Origin: a virus
Lineage: Duplodnaviria > Heunggongvirae > Uroviricota > Caudoviricetes
Length of the DNA: 19,981 bases
Virus record (IMG/VR): IMGVR_UViG_2671180422_000005
Strand: one strand, 5' to 3'
The number at the start of each line of letters is the position of its first letter. Within the stretch, counting starts at the first letter, position 1. The translations under genes and the position numbers were made by a program. The notes beneath the pieces were generated by a model. It made no database searches and was not told the origin of the DNA. It worked only from the letters and a program-made list of their open reading frames with translations. Of the stretch, positions 10,077 to 15,870 are shown piece after piece.

Positions 10077-10295
10077 ATCCTCACCCCGATGTACACGGAT
10101 GGTGCAATATGTTTGAAAAGATCGGAGTCTACGGGGTAGTTTTGACAGCACACGTTGTTCTCAACGGCGCTAAAAAAACATACACATTAAAAATGTGGGT
10201 AATTATTTTGAAAGAAAGTCATATATAAAATAATAATACGAGAAATGTTTTCATATTTAGTGTACTGTATACGGCCATTTATACAGGAAAAGCCT

Positions 10296-10466
10296 ATGTC
10301 AGAACGTAAAAACTCAAAATCACGCCGTAATTATCTCGTTAAATGTTCCTGCCCAAACTGCACCCAAGAGTCAGAACACAGTTTTTCAAGAGTACAAAAA
10401 GGTGCCCTTTTGATCTGCCCTCATTGCAACAAAGTATTCCAGACAAATCTTAAAGCTGTAGCCTGA
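10296..10466 (+). CDS. ynfU: Small zinc-ribbon protein (56 aa), YnfU-like
   Basis: MSERKNSKSRRNYLVKCSCPNCTQESEHSFSRVQKGALLICPHCNKVFQTNLKAVA; two CxxC pairs; AGGAAA 5 nt upstream of the ATG; opposite strand to the surrounding late genes. Confidence 0.65.
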   Translation: MSERKNSKSRRNYLVKCSCPNCTQESEHSFSRVQKGALLICPHCNKVFQTNLKAVA

Positions 10467-10520
10467 TTGATTTTATTAGTAACAAGTATTTTTTATATTT
10501 TAATAATATATTTAAAGCAG

Positions 10521-10548
10521 ATAATAAAAAACCCGCCTGAGCGGGTTT
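10521..10548 (-). terminator. Intrinsic terminator between cspB and the lysis cassette (bidirectional hairpin)
   Basis: Plus strand AAAAAACCCGC-CTGA-GCGGGTTT; on the minus strand the stem is followed by UUUUUUAUUAU. Confidence 0.6.
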
Positions 10549-10829
10549 GAGATTGTGGTGCTTTTTGTGGGAGTCATCCACTTACGCACTTTGTTTTGCC
10601 ATGCCAGCAGTTAGCTTCTGCTGTAAAACTATTCATGCAGCAAACCTGCACTTCACCACAATGGTTAGCATACTTTTCCTGATTAAGATTTTGCCAAATA
10701 TGCTAGCCATTGTTTCATGTATTGGACCTCCTTACTTTTTATTAAAGAGATCCAATATTCACTACTCTGTCCGTATCTCTACTCAGGCATCAGCCTTCTT
10801 CGTTATCGTATACAGACGAGCGATGAATT

Positions 10830-11045
10830 TTAATCAGTAATGATGACATTTGCTGCTGCAGGACCTTTAGCACCACTCTCTATAGAGAAGGTAACCTTTT
10901 GACCTTCAAATAAGGTTCGATAATTATCATTCTGAATCGCAGAAAAATGCACAAACACATCTTTACTACCATCAACAGGAGAAATAAAGCCGAAACCTTT
11001 ATCAGCGTTAAACCATTTTACTAAACCAGTCATTTTATTTGACAT
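10830..11045 (-). CDS. cspB: Cold shock protein CspB (CspA family, 71 aa)
   Basis: [53 protein letters not shown]...; AAGGAA Shine-Dalgarno. Confidence 0.95.
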   Translation of the reverse strand: MSNKMTGLVKWFNADKGFGFISPVDGSKDVFVHFSAIQNDNYRTLFEGQKVTFSIESGAKGPAAANVIITD

Positions 11046-11345
11046 TCTACATTCCTTAACTTGAGCCTTTCGGCATAAATGGTTTGCATAACAGAAACGA
11101 CTTCGTACTTAATTGGAGAGACTCAAAGAAGGAATAAGTGAATAACACCTGAAATGAGAACTGCTTTAGTAAACTACTTCGTATATCGTCTGTTCTTCAA
11201 ACCGACGCAATCATTAACGCATAGTTGAACATATGAAGCAATGTTTATTTTAGACATCCAGCCATCTTCAACCCCATCAAAAAACTATAGCTTTCTTCAG
11301 GAACGTGTGTATAGTGCGCCAAGTTATCAGTATTAAGGAATTTTT

Positions 11346-11558
11346 TTGTCCCGTAAAATGACAGGAATTGTCAAAACCTTTGACGGCAAAAGCGGCAAGG
11401 GTCTTATCACCCCATCCGATGGTCGTATCGATGTCCAGCTTCATGTTTCAGCGCTCAATCTCCGCGATGCAGAAGAAATTACCACCGGATTACGCGTGGA
11501 ATTTTGCCGGATAAATGGTCTGCGTGGCCCTTCAGCTGCCAATGTTTACCTTTCATGA
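11346..11558 (+). CDS. cspF: CspA-family paralog CspF (70 aa), divergent from cspB
   Basis: [45 protein letters not shown]...; the frame opens with TTG at 11346. Confidence 0.85.
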
Positions 11559-11612
11559 GCTATATTAAAGCTTTAATTTCAGGCCCCATCGGATCACACA
11601 TGGAGAGTTTTT

Positions 11613-11702
11613 ATGAATAACCCCGTCTGTCTTGATGACTGGTTGATTGGCTTTAAAAGCTTATGCTGTACTTTGGCCGTAATAGCTCTGCTAATAATAT
11701 AA
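11613..11702 (+). CDS. Candidate 29-aa hydrophobic peptide ORF (unannotated)
   Basis: GGAGAG 5 nt upstream of ATG at 11613; hand translation [29 protein letters not shown] then TAA; not in the ORF track because of its length. Confidence 0.25.
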
Positions 11703-11844
11703 TAAGCAGACTCATTGTGTTTAGGGACATTGTACTGGAAGAAAACATTTTAAACATCAGGCAAATAACCAAGTCACCAGCTAAATAATAAGTTAACAGA
11801 CATGAGTCCCGGGATGAGATTCAACATTACCATTGCCCCATTTA

Positions 11845-11872
11845 AAGCACAAAACCCGCTCATCAGCGGGTT
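11845..11872 (-). terminator. tR'-like intrinsic terminator downstream of the Q gene
   Basis: Hairpin AACCCGCT-CATC-AGCGGGTT at 11853-11872; on the minus strand followed by UUUUGUGCUUUAAA. Confidence 0.55.
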
Positions 11873-11919
11873 TTCTACTTTTTCTTAACGTCGGGTATAC
11901 AAAGCCCATCGTTGAAAAA

Positions 11920-11948
11920 ATTTTATCCATATTTTTTGAAAAATGCAA
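11920..11948 (-). promoter_or_regulatory. Candidate PR'-like late promoter
   Basis: Minus strand reads TTGCAT, 17-nt spacer, TAAAAT (plus-strand complement at 11943-11948 and 11920-11925), about 40 nt upstream of the tR'-like hairpin. Confidence 0.4.
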
Positions 11949-11979
11949 ACATCATGTCGCCATCTTCAGCAAAAATCAT

Positions 11980-12732
11980 TTATCTCGTCACCTTCCTCAA
12001 TTGCGCTTCCGCGTATGCTTCTTCCTGCCAGCACTTTGTTACCAGTTTACCAATGACGTCCGCATACCCCTTATACCACTGATAATCGGTCAGGTCTGGT
12101 ACCAGCTTCTGGACATGACGTCGTGCCAGCGTGGTCGGTAAACGACTAAACCGGTTTCCATTACAACGCCCACAAATCTTATATACCGGTACGCCATGAA
12201 ACCGGGTTCTTTTTTCATCCAGAACAATCCCTTTACCCTTACACCCTCTGCACGCTGTGCTGGCTTCGCCCTTACCATGGCAATGCTGACATAGTTCCTT
12301 CACCCATTCTTCCTTGATTACAGATTCCCCGCGTCTGTAGTGTTTCACCACTTCGCGCAATACATTATAAAATCCCGTACCTGAACAATGCTCACAGCGA
12401 GCCTTACTTGCCGCAGACCTGGAGTAATCAGCAAAGGCAAAACTCACGAGGTAAGGAATAATCTGTAACCGGATTTCTTCACTCAATTTGTTCAATGTCG
12501 GGTTATCCAGTGCCATCGCGTAATTTAGCAGGCCTTCAATCGCAAACTGAGGGTCCTGAACACCAACTTTTGCCAGAAATAAGGCCAACCCAAGTGGTGC
12601 TTTCGACTGCACCATCCCCTGCGCTGCCATTACATCCGTAATTGTTAAACAACCGGTGCCTGTCGCTGGAGCGTCATCGCTCAATTTTGGAGATTTTGGG
12701 GAGTAATATTTTGGTAAGGCTTCAAGGTTCAT
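11980..12732 (-). CDS. quuQ: Late-gene antiterminator Q (250 aa)
   Basis: ATG at 12730-12732 (MNLEALPKYYSPKSPKL...); four CxxCxGxG repeats (CEHCSGTG, CQHCHGKG, CRGCKGKG, CGRCNGNR); sits directly upstream of the PR'/tR'-like module and lysis genes. Confidence 0.9.
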   Translation of the reverse strand: MNLEALPKYYSPKSPKLSDDAPATGTGCLTITDVMAAQGMVQSKAPLGLALFLAKVGVQDPQFAIEGLLNYAMALDNPTLNKLSEEIRLQIIPYLVSFAFADYSRSAASKARCEHCSGTGFYNVLREVVKHYRRGESVIKEEWVKELCQHCHGKGEASTACRGCKGKGIVLDEKRTRFHGVPVYKICGRCNGNRFSRLPTTLARRHVQKLVPDLTDYQWYKGYADVIGKLVTKCWQEEAYAEAQLRKVTR

Positions 12733-12745
12733 GCTCGTTCTCCAC

Positions 12746-13486
12746 TTACGCCAGTACGCCAATTGTCAGCGCGCGATCGATAAAACGAAATATCAGCTCC
12801 AGTTGGGAGCCATACTTATCTTCAAATGCCACTGTATCCGTATGCAGCTCGTTGTGATGCTTTCTGCACAAAGGCAACACAAAGAGATCATGTGCTTTTG
12901 TTCCCATTCCGCCCTGCCCGTGACCAATCAGATGATGCGGATCGTCGGCTGGCATACCGCAGCAAGCACACGGCTGTGTCTTAACCCAACGTGTGTATTT
13001 CTCCTTAACCCAGCGGCGACGTTTAGGCAGCTTCATGAAAGATTCCGGAGACTCTGGATCAACGGTGATGCTTACCACCGTCTTTTCCTGTGGTGATTTT
13101 TGTTGCTGGTGGGCGTAAGGCAACGGTGCAAGATTTTTTGTGCGTTGTTTCAATATGCTGGTGGCGGTCTGCTCTCCCGGTACGATGTCGCTTTCGCGGT
13201 ACACCGAGCAGATTTTTTCCGCTGGTAATCCCAGCGAACGACGCGATACAGCCTCAGGTAGTGCATCCACCACCTGATTGCAGACCGCCCACCAGGATAA
13301 TTCAGCCAAAGATAATTCCCGCTCCTGCGTACCGCTTATTGCGTGACGGATGACGTCAATCACCCATGCTGTCAGATTTTGTTGAGCAAGCAGCTCCAGT
13401 GATTCCGATGTCTGGTCACGCAGTTGGTTGTCGCAGTGCCAGCACAACACCATTGCGCCGGTATTCATCATAAACTTTGGGATCAT
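12746..13486 (-). CDS. ydfU: DUF968-family protein with HNH-like Cys/His motif
   Basis: 246-aa ORF; C-terminal CACCG...DPHHLIGHG...LPLCRKHHNELH; ATG at 13486 has GGGGAG upstream but lies 71 nt inside dicC; shorter than the K-12 YdfU length I recall. Confidence 0.75.
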   Translation of the reverse strand: MIPKFMMNTGAMVLCWHCDNQLRDQTSESLELLAQQNLTAWVIDVIRHAISGTQERELSLAELSWWAVCNQVVDALPEAVSRRSLGLPAEKICSVYRESDIVPGEQTATSILKQRTKNLAPLPYAHQQQKSPQEKTVVSITVDPESPESFMKLPKRRRWVKEKYTRWVKTQPCACCGMPADDPHHLIGHGQGGMGTKAHDLFVLPLCRKHHNELHTDTVAFEDKYGSQLELIFRFIDRALTIGVLA

Positions 13487-13643
13487 ACTGAAGCTCCCCG
13501 CCAGATGCCTCCTGTAGACGCATCGCGCGACCTTCGGGAACTAAATCCCCTTTCCAGCTATAAAGCGAAGCCAAACGAATACCTGCTGCTTGTGCAAGTT
13601 TTGTTTTTGAACCGAAATACAAAAGAGCGTCAGTTTTAAGCAT
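13416..13643 (-). CDS. dicC: Cro-like HTH regulator DicC (75 aa)
   Basis: MLKTDALLYFGSKTKLAQAAGIRLASLYSWKGDLVPEG... (HTH); divergent from dicA across an 83-bp operator region. Confidence 0.85.
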   Translation of the reverse strand: MLKTDALLYFGSKTKLAQAAGIRLASLYSWKGDLVPEGRAMRLQEASGGELQYDPKVYDEYRRNGVVLALRQPTA

Positions 13644-13657
13644 TTAAAACACCTTTA

Positions 13658-13677
13658 TTGTTAGTCATAACTAACAA
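13658..13677. promoter_or_regulatory. Operator-like perfect palindrome in the dicC-dicA intergenic region
   Basis: TTGTTAGT-CATA-ACTAACAA (8-bp arms); a second dyad TTAGC-ATTA-GCTAA at 13711-13724 overlaps the dicA ribosome-binding region. Confidence 0.5.
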
Positions 13678-13726
13678 GATAGATGTTAACAAAAACATAG
13701 TCAATACGATTTAGCATTAGCTAACT

Positions 13727-14134
13727 ATGGAAACAAAAAATTTAACTATCGGCGAACGCATCAGGTATCGTCGGAAAAACCTCAAACACACCCAAAGGTC
13801 TCTTGCTAAAGCCCTGAAAATCTCCCATGTGTCTGTATCACAATGGGAACGGGGTGATAGTGAACCTACAGGGAAGAACCTTTTTGCCCTCAGCAAAGTA
13901 TTGCAATGCTCACCAACATGGATTCTATTTGGCGATGAAGACAAGCAACCAACACCACCTGTTGAGAAGCCAGTTGCCTTATCCCCCAAAGAACTAGAGC
14001 TCCTTGAGCTGTTTAATGCACTGCCAGAATCAGAACAGGATACCCAGCTCGCCGAAATGCGAGCTCGAGTAAAAAACTTCAATAAACTCTTTGAAGAATT
14101 ACTAAAAGCCCGTCAGCGGACAAATAAAAGATAA
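13727..14134 (+). CDS. dicA: Repressor DicA (HTH, cI/C2-like; 135 aa)
   Basis: METKNLTIGERIRYRRKNLKHTQRSLAKALKISHVSVSQWERGDSEP... matches DicA as recalled. Confidence 0.95.
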   Translation: METKNLTIGERIRYRRKNLKHTQRSLAKALKISHVSVSQWERGDSEPTGKNLFALSKVLQCSPTWILFGDEDKQPTPPVEKPVALSPKELELLELFNALPESEQDTQLAEMRARVKNFNKLFEELLKARQRTNKR

Positions 14135-14194
14135 CATCATCAATGAGTTATCTTTTACCACATCAATTATGTTAGCTATAGCATACAAAATCAC

Positions 14195-14223
14195 TTGACC
14201 GATATGTTAGTCATGGCTAATCT
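14195..14223 (+). promoter_or_regulatory. Candidate dicB-operon promoter (PL analogue) with embedded operator
   Basis: TTGACC (14195-14200), 17-nt spacer, TAATCT (14218-14223); the spacer contains ATGTTAGTCAT, repeating the TGTTAGTCAT core of the dicA-dicC palindrome. Confidence 0.45.
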
Positions 14224-14300
14224 TGTTTGCATCAACACACCGCACGGTGTTCTCAGCAAACAGTTCCGCTACCCCAGCGTTAAGGGGAAATGAGGTCAGC

Positions 14301-14456
14301 ATGGATACTATCGATCTTGGCAACAACGAATCTCTGGTGTACGGCGTGTTTCCAAACCAGGACGGCACGTTCACCGCAATGACGTATACCAAAAGCAAAA
14401 CGTTTAAAACCGAAAATGGTGCCCGTCGCTGGCTGGAAAGAAACTCAGGTGAGTGA
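14301..14456 (+). CDS. ydfA: YdfA (DUF1391) small protein, 51 aa
   Basis: ATG at 14301, MDTIDLGNNESLVYGVFPNQDGTFTAMTYTKSKTFKTENGARRWLERNSGE; first gene after the candidate promoter. Confidence 0.8.
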   Translation: MDTIDLGNNESLVYGVFPNQDGTFTAMTYTKSKTFKTENGARRWLERNSGE

Positions 14457-14457
14457 T

Positions 14458-14586
14458 ATGGATTTCGACACAATCATGGAAAAGGCTTACGAAGAATACT
14501 TCGAAGGCCTTGCCGAAGGCGAAGAAGCTCTCAGCTTCAGTGAGTTTAAACAGGCGCTTTCCAGTTCGGCAAAATCTAACGGCTGA
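14458..14586 (+). CDS. ydfB: YdfB small protein, 42 aa
   Basis: ATG at 14458, one nt after the ydfA stop; hand translation MDFDTIMEKAYEEYFEGLAEGEEALSFSEFKQALSSSAKSNG; a different frame from the ORF-track entry 14453-14662. Confidence 0.7.
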   Translation: MDFDTIMEKAYEEYFEGLAEGEEALSFSEFKQALSSSAKSNG

Positions 14587-14615
14587 TAAGCGAAACAGCA
14601 CCGCGAGGAATCAGT

Positions 14616-14834
14616 ATGCAGAAACGAGAACCCGTCATCATCGCGCCAGACTATACCGATGATGAACTTTATGAGTGGATGCGCCAGAAAATTAATGCAG
14701 CGCAGGATCTGAAATGGGCTAATGAAGCCAGGGCTAAGCAGGCTGAAAATCTGTCCGCTCTGGAGCAGGATATCACCAATCTGGAAAAAGCAGCGGCATT
14801 AAGCATTGCCAGAATGATTACATACCCGCGTTAG
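14616..14834 (+). CDS. ydfC: YdfC, 72 aa
   Basis: MQKREPVIIAPDYTDDELYEWMRQKINAAQDLKWANEARAKQAENLSALEQDITNLEK... Confidence 0.85.
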   Translation: MQKREPVIIAPDYTDDELYEWMRQKINAAQDLKWANEARAKQAENLSALEQDITNLEKAAALSIARMITYPR

Positions 14835-15174
14835 TAGCTAATCAACAAAGCTAAGGTTAGTAATTAAGGAGTTCTCCACGGGTGAGGTGGAGTGCGTGCG
14901 CCGGACACGGGTGCGCATCCGGAACTGACAGTTTACTGAAAGGATATTTCCCTGAAAAGTCAGACCATAACGCGAAAGCGCACGGCGAGGTAGCTGGTTC
15001 ATAGATAGCCTGTCGTTAAATTTTCGTCGACCGTGCGCTTCCGGTTGTGGCAACCCGCGAAATGGCGCGGCGGTAAGTATGGCGGGGTTATTCCTTCCCC
15101 GTTGAGGACACCGGGTTGTCAGGTTGACCATACGCTTAAGTGACAACCCCGCTGCAACGCCCTCTGTTATCAAT

Positions 15175-15232
15175 TTTCTGGTGACGTTTGGCGGTATCAG
15201 TTTTACTCCGTGACTGCTCTGCCGCCCTTTTT
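15175..15232 (+). ncRNA. dicF: DicF small RNA (Hfq-dependent inhibitor of ftsZ translation), processed from the dicB-operon transcript
   Basis: TTTCTGGTGACGTTTGGCGGTATCAGTTTTACTCCGTGACTGCTCTGCCGCCCTTTTT matches the DicF sequence as recalled; ends in a GGCGG/CCGCC stem plus U5 terminator; mature 5' end is uncertain by a few nt. Confidence 0.8.
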
Positions 15233-15401
15233 AAAGTGAATTTTGTGATGTGGTGAATGCGGCTGAGCGCACGCGGAACAGTTAAAACCAAAAACAGTGT
15301 TATGGGTGGATTCTCTGTATCCGGCGTTAATTGTTAACTAGTTAACGTCACCTGGAGGCACCAGGCACTGCATCACAAAATTCATTGTTGAGGACGCGAT
15401 A

Positions 15402-15590
15402 ATGAAAACGTTATTACCAAACGTTAATACGTCTGAAGGTTGTTTTGAAATTGGTGTCACTATCAGTAACCCAGTATTTACTGAAGATGCCATTAACAAG
15501 AGAAAACAAGAACGGGAGCTATTAAATAAAATATGCATTGTTTCAATGCTGGCTCGTTTACGTCTGATGCCAAAAGGATGTGCACAATGA
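15402..15590 (+). CDS. dicB: Cell-division inhibitor DicB (kil-type), 62 aa
   Basis: MKTLLPNVNTSEGCFEIGVTISNPVFTEDAINKRKQERELLNKICIVSMLARLRLMPKGCAQ; GAGGA Shine-Dalgarno. Confidence 0.95.
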   Translation: MKTLLPNVNTSEGCFEIGVTISNPVFTEDAINKRKQERELLNKICIVSMLARLRLMPKGCAQ

Positions 15591-15778
15591 ATTCAGCATT
15601 TGTGCTTGTTCTGACAGTTTTTCTTGTTTCCGGAGAGCCAGTTGATATTGCAGTCAGTGTTCACAGGACAATGCAGGAGTGTATGACTGCAGCAACCGAA
15701 CAGAAAATTCCCGGTAACTGTTACCCGGTCGATAAAGTTATTCACCAGGATAATATCGAAATCCCGGCAGGTCTTTAA
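15587..15778 (+). CDS. ydfD: YdfD small membrane protein, 63 aa
   Basis: ATG overlaps the dicB stop (ATGA); MNSAFVLVLTVFLVSGEPVDIAVSVHRTMQECM... with N-terminal TM segment. Confidence 0.9.
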   Translation: MNSAFVLVLTVFLVSGEPVDIAVSVHRTMQECMTAATEQKIPGNCYPVDKVIHQDNIEIPAGL

Positions 15779-15870
15779 AACAGTTCCGTAATAAATATCC
15801 GGTTTCATTCTTATATGCCAGCAATGGCAGGGATTTGTTCATCCTTAAATCTGTCATGAGGTTAAAACAA

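Noticed and set aside
10547-10840. 97-aa plus-strand ORF between ynfU and cspB
   Set aside because: Begins inside the terminator hairpin and overlaps the cspB 3' end; no ribosome-binding site; likely the cspB 3' untranslated region on the other strand.
11833-12278. ORFs 11833-12141 (+) and 12090-12278 (-)
   Set aside because: The first runs through the promoter/terminator module antisense into Q; the second is an alternative frame inside Q.
14838-15173. 111-aa minus-strand ORF between ydfC and dicF
   Set aside because: Lies in the GC-rich structured dicF precursor region, antisense to the operon, Arg-rich translation; treated as RNA, not coding.
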